Source of the DNA: Vulcanimicrobiota bacterium
GTDB taxonomy: Bacteria > Vulcanimicrobiota > Vulcanimicrobiia > Vulcanimicrobiales > Vulcanimicrobiaceae
Reading direction: 5' to 3'
Assembly: GCA_963820825.1 (NCBI GenBank)
Contig: CAWGBN010000006.1
Span: forward strand, 448,001 to 512,000
DNA length: 64,000 nucleotides
Part shown: piece after piece, positions 41,690-52,007 of the stretch
Numbering within the stretch: position 1 is the first letter of the stretch
Layout: the number at the start of each line of letters is the position of its first letter
Notes under the pieces: generated by a model
What the model saw: only the letters and a program-made list of their open reading frames with translations
Told to the model about the DNA's origin: nothing
Databases searched by the model: none
Program-made: the position numbers and the translations under genes

Positions 41690-41910
41690 GTGGATCAAAA
41701 TGCCCGCGAGCTCTACGCTAGGGGAAACGATTTGCTCCTAACGGGAGGCGGCTTACTACACCGTTTACTACACAGAATTGGCCAAAACCGGGCTGCGATT
41801 TCTAAGGCTTTCGTAGCCCCATGCGCAAAATTGCCAGTACCAGCAAGGATATTCGAAGCTTATAAGGTAGTGGCGGGGACGTTAGGAGAACGTCCTACAC
41901 GCTCCCGCCA
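41690..41910 (+). repeat. Conserved cassette right end, copy B (arm motifs 41755-41777; core 41871-41910)
   Basis: Core identical to copy A. Confidence 0.88.
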
Positions 41911-42112
41911 GCTTCTCTTTCGCTATTTACACGGTCGATGGCGTCGTCGTACTAAAGCAAGGTGGTCACGATCTTTCCGTAGTTCATGAGGCCTCCCGAT
42001 GCGGTCCGACGATGCCGCGGGCAATCAAGTACATGCGAGTATTGACAACGATAAAGCGCCAGATTTGGTACGGCCAAAAGCGCTCCATAAAGTGGGACTG
42101 CATGAGTCTCTC

Positions 42113-43543
42113 CTATTCCGGGATCAGCTGCCAGCCCGGCCGGGCTTGCAGCTTCCACATAAACGCATCGTGCAGCAATCGCTTAGTCCAGGCGCCCGCC
42201 AACCCGACGTCGAGTTCGCTCAAGCCAAGGTCGCGCCCGTACTCGGGATAGCGCTCGTAGTCGCGCGCAACCGGCACCATGATGATCGAGGCCGCCGAAC
42301 CAGTGAGCAGCGACTGTCCCATCGACGCAATGCAGGCGGCCGGCATCGCGGACAGCGGCTCGCGATGGCTCGGCTCGCCGCCGCGCGCCTGGTCGAGCAC
42401 GTTGAGCGCGACCGTGCGCCCGATGATGCCGGAGGCCATGCCGGTGCGCGGTGCCGTCGCGGTGATCGGCGAGCCGCTCGAGCCCTTGACCGATCTCGAA
42501 AGAGGATGCGGCGGTGCGAACGCGATGCCGGCGGCGTAGATGCGATCGTCATATGGGGATCGATAGATTGCAGGCCAATCGCGCCCGCGGTACTCGGGAT
42601 ACGTCTTCGCGGTATAGTCGGCATCCACGGTCATCAGGCCGTTGCCCTGCGTCATCTTGGGCGTCACGTCTTCACCCCCGACGCCGACGTACCTCAGCGG
42701 GATGCCGCGGAACTGCGGAATAAGCATTGCGAAATCGAACTCCAGCCACGCTGGTTCTTCGGTAGGCGTTTCGTAGAGTAGGCGGCCGGATTCGACATGC
42801 TTGACGCTCGCGGGAAGTATGGTGCGGATCTTCTCTTCGAAAAAGAGACCGCCGATGACGTCCGCGCCGCGAATGACGCGGTCGCCTTTGCGCGCTTCGA
42901 TTCCGTCGACGCCGAAATCGCCCGGCTGGGATTCGTTCGAGAGCCAGATCAAGTCGGCACGTTCGCGCAAGCCGCGCCGGCGCAAGTCGTGATTCACGTT
43001 CATGATGTATTCGAATGCGGCTCCCTCGCAGGTTGCGAGGGGGTGGCCCGTGCCAACGACGATCCGGGCACGCTCGCCCTTTTCGAGCTTTTTTACGATG
43101 TCGCGATATGCTTCGCCCGTGCGGGTCGCGTGCTCGACCGAACAGACGCTTTCCGAGTTCCCGGCCGAAGGTCCGAGTCCCGGGGTTCCCTCGAAGTTCA
43201 AGTACGGGCCGGTCGCGTTGATCAAAAAATCGTAGTCGAGGGTAGAGTGCTCTCCCGAGTCGAGTGCTACGGCGACGCGCCGCTGCGCGAGGTCGACCTC
43301 TTGTGCACGGCCCGCGACGTACTTGATCCCCAGTTTTGCGTATACCTCATCGAGCGCGAAGTAACATCGATCCGGCGACATCGTCCCGACGCCGACCCAG
43401 ATCAGGCTCGGGAACCAGGTGAACCGGTTTCGCGGCGAGACGACGGTGACGTCGACCTCGTCGAGGTGTTTGGAGAGATGCAACGCCGCGGTGTGCCCGG
43501 CAAAGCCGGCGCCTAATACGAGCACGCGTGATTTCATAATCAT
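42113..43543 (-). CDS. sqr: Sulfide:quinone oxidoreductase-like FAD-dependent oxidoreductase
   Basis: VLGAGFAG, WFPSLIWVGVG, YDFLINATG, TCEGAAFEY, FAMLIPQFRG, PRTGM, AACIASMG (two active-site-type Cys). Confidence 0.8.
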   Translation of the reverse strand: MIMKSRVLVLGAGFAGHTAALHLSKHLDEVDVTVVSPRNRFTWFPSLIWVGVGTMSPDRCYFALDEVYAKLGIKYVAGRAQEVDLAQRRVAVALDSGEHSTLDYDFLINATGPYLNFEGTPGLGPSAGNSESVCSVEHATRTGEAYRDIVKKLEKGERARIVVGTGHPLATCEGAAFEYIMNVNHDLRRRGLRERADLIWLSNESQPGDFGVDGIEARKGDRVIRGADVIGGLFFEEKIRTILPASVKHVESGRLLYETPTEEPAWLEFDFAMLIPQFRGIPLRYVGVGGEDVTPKMTQGNGLMTVDADYTAKTYPEYRGRDWPAIYRSPYDDRIYAAGIAFAPPHPLSRSVKGSSGSPITATAPRTGMASGIIGRTVALNVLDQARGGEPSHREPLSAMPAACIASMGQSLLTGSAASIIMVPVARDYERYPEYGRDLGLSELDVGLAGAWTKRLLHDAFMWKLQARPGWQLIPE

Positions 43544-44845
43544 ACCCCCTTGTCGCCAATGCCGGCGACGAAGCGCAGGTGCGCATCAGCGATGCGCAGA
43601 TCCGCCTGCGCGCGGATGAATTGTTGGCGGGCCGACGCGTTACGAGCTTGCGCATCGCGCAGCTCGAGCTGTGTGCCGACCTGTCCCCGGTAGCGAACCT
43701 CCGCGAGACGCTCGTCCTCGGCGGCGGACGTGGCAAGATCGCGGGCGGCGGCGACGCGCTCGGCGGCGGTCTGCAACTCCACGTAGCCTTCCCGCACGTC
43801 CAGCTCGGCTCGAGCGCGTAGCTCGTCGTACTCTGCCTGTGCCTGTGCGAGCGCGTCGCGCGCCGCGGCAACGCGCGCGGCCGTCGCGCCACCGTCGTAG
43901 AGGCGCCAGACCCCTTGCAGCGCGATGACGAATTGATTCGGTATAACCCGGCTGCACCGCCGGTTGGACGTTACCGTCGCTGACGGAGATGCCGACCGAC
44001 GGCCCATTTTCCGCCTGCGCTTCGCGGATGCTGGCCGCGGCAGCGTCGAGCGCGGCGCGAGCGGCTTGCAATTCGCCACGCTGCGCGATCGCCGCTGCCA
44101 CCAGACCCTCCACGCCGGGCATCGGAAGCCTCGTTTCCAGAGTGTCCGATGTTACGATGCGCGCCGTCGCGGGAAGGCCGAGCAGCGTGGCAAGACGTTC
44201 GTGCGCGATGGTGACCGCGCCGTGCGCATCGATAGCCCGGACGCGAAGGTCGGCGAGCTCGGTACGCGCCTCGAGCGCATCGAAGCGCGGCACCGTTCCG
44301 GCCGAGAAGCGCGCCCGCGTATCGTCGTACGAGCGCTGTCCGTCGGCGACCGCGGCGTCGGCCGCCTGGGATGCGGCCATGGCCGCGAGGTCGTCGACGT
44401 ACGCCTGCGTAACGCTCGCGACCAGTCCGCCGCGGGCTTCGCGTTCGGCGGCCGCCGCTTCCGCGTACCGTGCGTCGGCCTGGCCGGCGCGCGCGGCCCC
44501 TTCGCCGTCGTCGAAAAAAGTGTAGCGCGCGGTTACGAGCGGCAAGTTGGTCGCGTTGGGACCGAAAGGCAGTGGGCCGAACGGCGTTGAGAGTTGCGCA
44601 ACCGGATCCGAGGAGACGTACGAATCGCTGACGCTCAGAGTCGGCCCGCGGTCGCCGCGAGCGGCGCGCACGTCATCGCCGCGCACGCGGACCGCCGCAA
44701 TCGCCGCACGATATCCCGGATTGTGGGCTAGCGCCGTATCGATCGCTTCATCGAGCGAGAGCGTTAACGACTGCTCGGCGCGGACCGGCGCAGACATGAG
44801 GAGCAGCGCGAAGACCGCCGCGGCAAGGGAGAAGAGTCTATGCAT
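43540..44845 (-). pseudogene. TolC-family outer-membrane efflux protein, frameshifted near 43935
   Basis: LSLDEAI..ALAHNP N-terminal part (ORF 43640-44875) continues in another frame as LQGVWRLYDGG..RYRGQVGT.LELRDAQ (ORF 43540-44079). Confidence 0.78.
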
Positions 44846-47800
44846 GCCCAGCCTCCTCGACAAGCGGCGACGCAAAGCGGGCGTAGAGCAAGGGGATCGC
44901 CAGCACGGACAAGACCGCAGACGAACTCATCCCGAAGACGAGAGCCCACGCGAGCCCGCTCCAGACGGGGTCGGAAGCAATTACGACCGACGAGAGTACC
45001 CCCGCCGCGGCGGTCATGAAGATCGGCCGCGTGCGGGTGGTTGCAGCGGCGACCAGCGCATCTCGACGGCTCAGGCCCAGCCTGAGCTGATCCTCAATGA
45101 ACTCTATGAGGATGATCGAGTTGCGTACGACGATGCCGACCAGCGCGATCAGGCCGATCATCGCCGTCGCCGAAAAATAGATGCCGAACGGCGCCAGCAG
45201 CGCGAAGCCGGGCATGATGCCGATCATCGCGAGCGGCACCGCCGCCAAGACGATCAGTGGCGTGCGGAACGACCGAAAGCGCGCGACTAGCAGCAGGTAG
45301 ATGAGCAGAAATGCGAGCGCCATCGCGCGCCCGAGGTCGGCGAAGACGGTGAGCGTCATATCCCATTCGCCGTCCCAGGCTATGCTGTAGCCGGGCGGCA
45401 GAGTCAGCCGCGAGAGCGCGATCATCGCCTCGATAACGGCGTAAGTAGAGCTGCGTCCGGCGAGTTCCGCGCCGACGTAAGTTGCGTCACGATAGTCGTC
45501 CCGCTGCAGCGTCGGGGATTGTTGGGTGACCGCGACCCGCGCGATCTCTCCCAGGGGCGTGCTCCCTCCATTCCCCGCCGGTATGCGAATCTGCGACAGC
45601 GACGCTGGATCGCGGCGGAACTCGGATGCGAAACGAACGACGACGTCGACCGGGCGTACGTCGACCGGCGCGTGAATCTCCGATACCGTCGATCCGGCAA
45701 GCGCTATACCGAGGGTCTGTACGACTTCGGCGACGGAGACGCCTGAAAGCGCAGCTTTCACCGGATCGACCTCGACGTGGACCGAAGCCGGCAACGGCTT
45801 GTCGCTTGGATCGACGTCGACGACGCCGTGCTCGCCCTCGAGAATCGATTGGATGCGGGACGCAATTGCTCGGCGGATATCCGGATCGGGGCCGAAGACC
45901 TTGGCGAAGATCGTGTTGCGCACGGGCGGTCCGGGCGGGGTTTGCAGGACGCGCAGCGCCGCACCGAAGCGAGCTGCAACGGTCTGCAGTCGCGGACGCA
46001 GCGTTCGAACGAGGATTGCCGACTGCACGTGTCGCCGGTCCTTCGGCACGAGGTTCACGCGAATATCGGCGAGGTTCGGCGCGTTTCGGAAGAGGGTCCC
46101 CTGAAAGAGGCTGGAGAGATCGGGAACCGAGTTCGTGCCCACGAAAATCTCGTAGTTGCTCACCTCCGGCGTCGCTGCCAATTGCGCTCCGACGGCTTCC
46201 GCGATTGCGGTCGTCGCGGCGACGGTGCTCCAGGGCGGCGCATCGATGGTAACAAGGATTGTCGTTTCGTTGGCGCGCGGTAGCATGCGGAACTGCACGA
46301 GCTGCAGCGCCGGCAACGCAAGTGCGATCGCGAAGGCTAGCGCAAGAGCAACGAGAAAGAGCGAGCCGGCCTGCGGATTGTCCAAAAGACCTGCCAGCCG
46401 GTCACGGACATACGCGACCCACCAAGTCGTCGCGTGGGACGTTTTCAGCGTGCGCTTCCGCAGCAGATGGTAGGTTGCCCACGGCGTTACGGCGACGGCG
46501 ATGAAGAGCGAGGCGAGCATCGCTACCGGAACGTTAATCGGAATCGGCCGCATATACGGACCCATCATGCCGGTCACGAAGAGCATCGGCAGGAACGAAA
46601 GCACTACCGTGATCGTCGCAAGCGCAGTCGGACTAGCGATCTCGCCCACCGCAGCCACGGTCACCGCATCGCGCGGCGCGTTGGGCTTGTTCGCGTAGTG
46701 CCGGTGAATGTTCTCGACCATGACGATGGCGTCGTCGACCAGCAGGCCGAGCGCGAGAATCAGAGCAAAAAGCGTAATTCGGTTGATCGTTTGATGGGCG
46801 AGCATCCCCACGCCGAGGGTCACGAAGAGCGTGAGAGGAATCGCCGATGCAACCACGATCGCCTGGCGCCATCCAAGAACGAGTAAGAGCAATGCGACGA
46901 TGCCAATCGCCTCGACCAACCGTTCGATCAGCTCGTTCACCGCAAGGTTGGCCTTCTCGCCGTAGTCGCGCGTTACGCTCACCGTCACTCCGGGTGGAAG
47001 CTGCGCGGCGCGTACCGTCCCGATGATCCTTTCGGCGATATCAACGGCGTTCGTTCCGGGCTTCTTTGCGATCGCGATGCTGACTGCCGGCTCGTTTCCA
47101 AAAAGCGACTCCGTTTCTGGTGGCGCAATGGTCGCGCGGACGCTCGCGACGTCGCGCAGCGCGACGGGCATGCCGCCGTGAACGCCCACGATCGTCGCGG
47201 CGACATCTTCCGCGTTCAGAAAAGGAGCGCCGCTCCTGACGCTGAGCTCGCGTTCCGTCGAGCGCAGCGGCCCCGCCGGCGAGACGACGTCTGCCGTCCC
47301 AATTGCGCGGGCAACCTGCAGCGGGGAAAGCGCGTAGGCATCCAATCGCACCGGATCGAGATCGACCGCGACTTCGTGCGGCCGATCACCGTAGACCGCG
47401 ACGCTCGAAACGCCGGGCAAAGGTTGGATCGAGGTGATGAGCCGCTGCGCCGCATCCCCCAACTGACCGCGGTCGTAACGGGGGCCGTGCAGTGTCAGGA
47501 CGACGATCGGAATGTCGTCGGTGCTCATCGGCACGATCACGGGCTGCGACGCTCCCGGCGGCAAATCCGTAAGGTGCGCGAAGACCTGATCGTACAGATC
47601 GACAAAAGCCTTCGTGGGATCGTCGCCAACGTGGAAAAGCACGGTCAAGTACGAAGTGTCCTGCGTTGACGTTGCGTAGACGTGCTCGACTGCCGGGAAC
47701 CGCGCGTAGGACGCGCTCGCCTCGTTCGGTGACGGACCGCTGCACTTCGCGCGCGTCGGCACCTGGATAGTGCGTTACGATGATCGCTGCAGGGCGCACG

Positions 47801-47937
47801 ATTTGCGGATTTTCTTCACGTGGCGTCGCGAGGATCGCGAGCAGTCCCAGCGCGACGATTGCTATGACGAGCGTTGGTGTCAGTTTCGAGGTGAGAAAAT
47901 AACGGGCGATTCGCGCCGCCCAGTTTAGGTGTTCCAT
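44838..47937 (-). pseudogene. RND efflux permease (AcrB/CusA family), frameshifted near 47700
   Basis: TPREENPQI N-terminus in ORF 47386-47937; LGLLVDDAIVMVENIHRH, GIVVRNSIILIEF and RTRPIFMT in ORF 44838-47762. Confidence 0.82.
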
Positions 47938-47938
47938 T

Positions 47939-49081
47939 TCACCGGTCGATCGCGATCGTCGCGCCGTCGGTCAAACGTTCGAGATTGGTCGTCGCTACGT
48001 CGCGGTCTGCCGGACGAAGGCCCGTGACTTCGACGTCGTGCATGTCGGCTTTGCCGGTTCGGACCGGCGCGAAGACCGCTTTGCCGCCGGTAATCACGAA
48101 GACCCCGGTTTGACCGTCGCGCGTAACGAGCGCCTCGAGCGGAACCGTCGTGCCGCGCTCGGGCACTCCGCGGAGACGCACGCGCACGAACATGCCAGGT
48201 CGTAGTCCGCGTGTCGCGGGCAGCGCAATGCGCGCCAGCATGGAACGTAGCGCTGGGTCGGCAGGAGAGAGTCCTCGTACCGTACCGATCAGGATTCGAT
48301 CCAGATCGGCGGACTGGACCTCGACGCGACTGCCTTGATGGAGCGCGCCGGCATTTTCCTGCGGTACGGCGACGTCGGCTTCGAGTGTGTCGTCGCTCTG
48401 CACGGCAACGACCGGCGTCCCTGGGCCTACCGCCGTGCCCACATCGGCGAATCGCTCGGTGACGACGCCGTCGAACGGAGCTCGAATTATTCCGTTAGAG
48501 ACCGCAATCGAAGCGGCCTTGGCGGCGGCTCCTGCCTCTGCTGCGGCGTCTGCCGCCGCCGCGCGTTGCGCTTCAGTTTGCGTGGTCACCGCAGAGGCCT
48601 CTCGGAAATCCGCTTCCGACTGGTCGAGCTGTTGACGCGAAATGGCACCCTGCGCGTAAAGCCGCGCCATCCGACGTTGAGTGGCGCGCGCCAATTCCAG
48701 CCGCGCCTCCGTCTGAGCTACGCCAGCCGAGGCCGCAAGGCTCGTTTCGTGCGCGCCGGCGGCGCCGGCAGAGGCTGCGGTAAGTTGAGCGCGATAGGAT
48801 GCGTCGTCGATCGTCGCGATGGGCTGCCCTGCCGTCACGGGGTCTCCCACGCGCACGCGCATCTCGTTAACTCTGCCTGCGACGACCGCTCCCACCTGCG
48901 CGCTCTGCGCAGAGGCGACGCTGCCGGACAGTTCGAGCGTGCTGCCGATGGATCGAATGACGACCGGTGCGGTGTGCACCGGAATAGGTGGCGGCTCGAC
49001 CACTTTTCGCGCGCAACCTCCCGGTGCAAAAGCGGCGGAGAGTCCGAGAATTACCAAGAGGCGACGCAGACGACCCCTCAC
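47939..49081 (-). CDS. RND efflux periplasmic adaptor (MFP)
   Basis: GGC lipobox, GRV..M.V.VGD.V..GQ, IRAPFDGVVT, LRPGMFVRV; GTG start inferred, ORF stays open upstream to 49312. Confidence 0.85.
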   Translation of the reverse strand: MRGRLRRLLVILGLSAAFAPGGCARKVVEPPPIPVHTAPVVIRSIGSTLELSGSVASAQSAQVGAVVAGRVNEMRVRVGDPVTAGQPIATIDDASYRAQLTAASAGAAGAHETSLAASAGVAQTEARLELARATQRRMARLYAQGAISRQQLDQSEADFREASAVTTQTEAQRAAAADAAAEAGAAAKAASIAVSNGIIRAPFDGVVTERFADVGTAVGPGTPVVAVQSDDTLEADVAVPQENAGALHQGSRVEVQSADLDRILIGTVRGLSPADPALRSMLARIALPATRGLRPGMFVRVRLRGVPERGTTVPLEALVTRDGQTGVFVITGGKAVFAPVRTGKADMHDVEVTGLRPADRDVATTNLERLTDGATIAIDR

Positions 49082-49164
49082 GACGCCTTGCGCAAGCCCG
49101 CCAGTGCGATGAGGTTCGACATCAAGCACCGGCCTGTCAGTGACTGAAGGAGGTTCGCGCATAC

Positions 49165-49273
49165 CATAGATTTCGCGACGGATGCATTGGCCGCGAACCG
49201 GCACACCCGTGATTCCGGCGGCTATTCGCAGCAACCGCCCTGCGGCCCCGGACATAAATCTTGCGAGTCCCAT
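49165..49273 (-). pseudogene. Internally deleted DUF2892/YgaP-like membrane protein
   Basis: MGLARFMSGAAGRLLRIAAGI joined directly to GVPVRGQCIR; TM middle missing and no stop before the MFP. Confidence 0.45.
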
Positions 49274-49291
49274 CCGAGGATAGTATATACC

Positions 49292-49307
49292 ATACCCCGT
49301 AGGGTAT
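49292..49307. promoter_or_regulatory. CsoR/CstR-type operator
   Basis: Palindrome ATACCC-CGTA-GGGTAT between the divergent operon and the repressor gene. Confidence 0.78.
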
Positions 49308-49341
49308 TGCAATAAGCGAAGATAACCCTTACTATGGGCGC

Positions 49342-49662
49342 ATGGCTAAGACCCGCGCGTCGGCGAAACGGCCTTCCACCGAACGCCACCTCGATATCGA
49401 GGACGAGACTGCTACCGACATCATCTTGCGGCTGCGGCGAATCGAAGGGCAGGTGCGCGCAATCGAGCAGATGATTGAGCAGCGCCGTGACTGCCATACG
49501 ATTGCCCAACTGATGGGCGCCGCAAAGGCGGCCCTCGAGCGAGCGACGATCCAGCTCATGACGGCCAGCATGGCTGGTTGCCTATCGGCGGGCCGTAACG
49601 GAGCCTACGATCAGCGCGAACTCGCCAAGCTCACCGATACCTTCGTAAAAATTCTCGGTTAG
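49342..49662 (+). CDS. CsoR/RcnR-family metal/persulfide-sensing repressor (CstR-like)
   Basis: RLRRIEGQVRAIEQMIE..RDC..IAQ..AAKAAL..SMAGCL. Confidence 0.9.
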   Translation: MAKTRASAKRPSTERHLDIEDETATDIILRLRRIEGQVRAIEQMIEQRRDCHTIAQLMGAAKAALERATIQLMTASMAGCLSAGRNGAYDQRELAKLTDTFVKILG

Positions 49663-49814
49663 CTGAGAGGTTAGAGAACAAGAGTCCCAATGTCAGCGCG
49701 ACCGTCGGAAGAAGACCGGCGATCTAACGGATTTCGCGAGACTCACTGGGATTAGAAGTGACCGGACGGGACGCAAGAATGCGGAGACCCGTACAGGAGA
49801 CCGCGCGACCTTGA

Positions 49815-50007
49815 GGTTAGTGCAACGATTTGCTCAAAGATGGAGCGGTTCGCTACACCATTTACTACACAGAATCGGCAAAATTGGATTTCGGCGTTTA
49901 TTGGCAGCCGAAGGCTCTATGCGAAAACGGCCGGTATTATCAGGGACTTTCGAAGCCTAGAGGGTAGTGGCGGGGATGCTAGGAGAACGTCCTACACGCT
50001 CCCGCCA
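49815..50007 (+). repeat. Conserved cassette right end, copy C (arm motifs 49852-49874; core 49968-50007)
   Basis: Core TGGCGGGGATGCTAGG-AGAACGT-CCTACACGCTCCCGCCA, 2 substitutions versus copies A and B. Confidence 0.86.
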
Positions 50008-50089
50008 GAATCGCTGCTCAACTCGGAACAACTCGGAACAATCGGCCTCGCGGTCACGCTCCGCTCACTTTTCTCCCCGACTCGACCAC

Positions 50090-50269
50090 GCGATCGAGCA
50101 GGTTCGCGGCGTCCCGCTGGGAACCGAGACCATAAAGACCCATCTCAAGAATATTAAGGCGAAGACCGGCCTGTCGAAGGTTCAACTCGGATTCAAGGTC
50201 CAGGCGCGGCGCTTGGCGTCGGCTGCCGATTTGACGCTTCCGCCTCCGTCAATCGTGGCCGGCGGCTAG
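50090..50269 (+). pseudogene. C-terminal LuxR-type HTH remnant
   Basis: LGTETIKTHLKNIKAKTGLSKVQL with no credible start. Confidence 0.45.
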
Positions 50270-50505
50270 ACCCCTACTGCGCCGCCCGGTTTCGCCGCAA
50301 CAGCACGTCGCGCCGGATCCCCCTTTTGGGTGGTCCTTTCACCCGTTTTAGGGAGCACCAGCAAACTCCCTAACATTGGGAATTATCGTTCGACCCTAGC
50401 TTCGAGACAATCGACGTGGCCGACGGAGAAGTCGGCACCGCCTCGGCCGGCGGCACCGGCCGTTATGGCGAGCCGCTCGCGCGGTTCGCCGCTCGGAGTA
50501 GAACG

Positions 50506-51183
50506 ATGAAAAACGATATCTCGGTTACGCGCATTCTCGCGCCATCGGCTTTTGGCTTTCTGTGGGCTGAGTGCAAGCGGTGCTATTACCTCCAAGTGGT
50601 GCAGGACTTGCGGCGCCCGGGTGCGCCGTTCCCATCGATCTTCTCGCGGATCGACTCTGCGATGAAGCGCCGCTTCGCAGGCGATGAATGGCATTCGTTC
50701 GGACCTGCCCAGCCCCGCTTTAAGGTCGCACACGTTGAACAGATGGTCCGTTCAGTACCCATCATCTTACCCGGCCGAAACGTCGAGATTGTCCTCCGGG
50801 GAAAGTTTGATAGTGTCCTGATGCTAAGTGACTCGCGCAAAGTAATATGCGATTTCAAAACGGCGCCGGTGAGGGCTGACCATCTTGATAAGTACTGGGT
50901 CCAACTTCACGCGTACGCCTACACTTTGGAACATCCGTCTATAGGAAGCCTATCCATTCCGAAAGTAGATGGCCTGGGTCTGGCGGTCTTCGAACGAAAC
51001 GATTTTGCATACAACACTGAAGACGGAGCTTCACTCAGTGGTGCAATGCAGTGGATTGACATGCCGCGGGATGATGATCGCTTTAAGTCTTTCCTTGACG
51101 GCGTGGCCTCGGTGCTGGAGCAGCCTCAGCCGCCCCCAGCAAGTGACAACTGCCAGTTCTGTCGGTTCCGTCGGGCGGCGTAA
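50506..51183 (+). CDS. PD-(D/E)XK nuclease family protein
   Basis: LAPSAF..ECKRCYY, LRGKFD, ICDFKT, QLHAYAY, C-terminal CQFC. Confidence 0.85.
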   Translation: MKNDISVTRILAPSAFGFLWAECKRCYYLQVVQDLRRPGAPFPSIFSRIDSAMKRRFAGDEWHSFGPAQPRFKVAHVEQMVRSVPIILPGRNVEIVLRGKFDSVLMLSDSRKVICDFKTAPVRADHLDKYWVQLHAYAYTLEHPSIGSLSIPKVDGLGLAVFERNDFAYNTEDGASLSGAMQWIDMPRDDDRFKSFLDGVASVLEQPQPPPASDNCQFCRFRRAA

Positions 51184-51391
51184 CGATGATCGCAGGAAGG
51201 TCGGGGTCATTGCTGATTCGGTGGTTTCTCTGGACAAGAGCGCCGTGACGCCGAGGCGCTCTTGCGCGTTTTAGACACCTTCATTGAAGAGGCCGCCGGT
51301 CGTCACCGTGGCCGCGGCGCGGGGGCGAGGCGCCCAGCACCGAACGTTATTAGCCGCCAATCCGTTTATCAGAGCAAGGGAGCCTGGGTAC

Positions 51392-51619
51392 GTGAAGAGC
51401 TTTAATTTGAGTCGCTGCGCGCTAAGCAGTTGCGCCGCTGCGGTATTGCTCGCAGCCTGCGGCGGATCGCAGCCGCCGATCGGCGCGCCGGGCGGGATGT
51501 CAAACGGCTCGTACCCAGCGCCGCACCACAAACACTCGCGAACGTTTAGTTTTACCGGAGCTAAACAAACATTCATGGTGCCGACCGGCGTGACGCACGT
51601 TACCGTTGTTGCGAGTGGC
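51392..51619 (+). pseudogene. Secreted glycine-rich-type lipoprotein truncated by IS3
   Basis: LLAACGGSQPPIGAPG leader and FSFTGAKQTFMVPTGVTHVTVVASG, ending at the IS left end. Confidence 0.7.
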
Positions 51620-51707
51620 AGAGGTGGCCTCGGTTAGCTGAACACCCCGTTGTGTGATGACTTCGCTCTCTGCGGGTCGAAGGGACCAGCGAAAAGGAGC
51701 AGTCATC

Positions 51708-52007
51708 GTGAGTCGTTCTCGTCGTAACCACACGCCGGCCTTCAAAGCCAAGGTGGCGTTAGCGGCAATCAAGGGAGATCAAACCGTCGCGGAGCTCGCC
51801 AAGCGCTTCGACGTCCACCCGAACTCGATCGTTCAATGGAAAACGCAACTGCTCGAGAGAGCAGCTGAAGCCTTTGGCGGCGAGAGTCCCAAGCAAAGCG
51901 GTCCTGATGTTCGGGATTTACATGCCAAGATCGGCCAGCTGGCGCTGGAGAATGATTTTTTAGAACGCGCGCTCGGGCGTATCGACGGGTCGAGCGCAAG
52001 GCGATGA
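51708..52007 (+). CDS. IS3 transposase OrfA
   Basis: RRNHTPAFKAKVALAAIKGDQTVAELA..FDVHPN..LHAKIGQL.LENDFL; candidate slippery site GATTTTTTAG near 51955. Confidence 0.9.
   Translation: MSRSRRNHTPAFKAKVALAAIKGDQTVAELAKRFDVHPNSIVQWKTQLLERAAEAFGGESPKQSGPDVRDLHAKIGQLALENDFLERALGRIDGSSARR

Larger units (their letters stand above)
36918..41910. mobile_element. Element 3: integrase-less att-flanked cassette (5.0 kb)
   Basis: Left motif ACTACACCGTTTGCTACACAGA at 36989-37010, right motif at 41755, core at 41871-41910; no recombinase ORF. Confidence 0.78.
41911..50007. mobile_element. Element 4: integrase-less att-flanked cassette (8.1 kb) with sulfide/efflux cargo
   Basis: Bounded by cores at 41871-41910 and 49968-50007; right arm motif at 49852; left arm motif not recognisable. 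Confidence 0.68.

Noticed and set aside
36878..50007. Repeated 40-bp palindromic core as a CRISPR array
   Set aside because: Copies are 5-8 kb apart with genes between them, they match the tRNA 3' end, and no cas operon is present
32480..50007. Additional tRNA genes at 32480, 36900, 41893 and 49990
   Set aside because: Only the 3' 18-24 nt are present; no D or anticodon arm
36739..50157. Similar short ORFs 36739-37083, 41690-41989 and 49840-50157 as a protein family
   Set aside because: They overlay the conserved att-end repeat, differ in start and stop, and diverge right after the core; the similarity is explained by the DNA repeat
50506..51183. Cas4 of a CRISPR system
   Set aside because: Cys layout is CxxC plus CxxC rather than the Cas4 one-plus-three pattern, and there is no array or cas1/cas2
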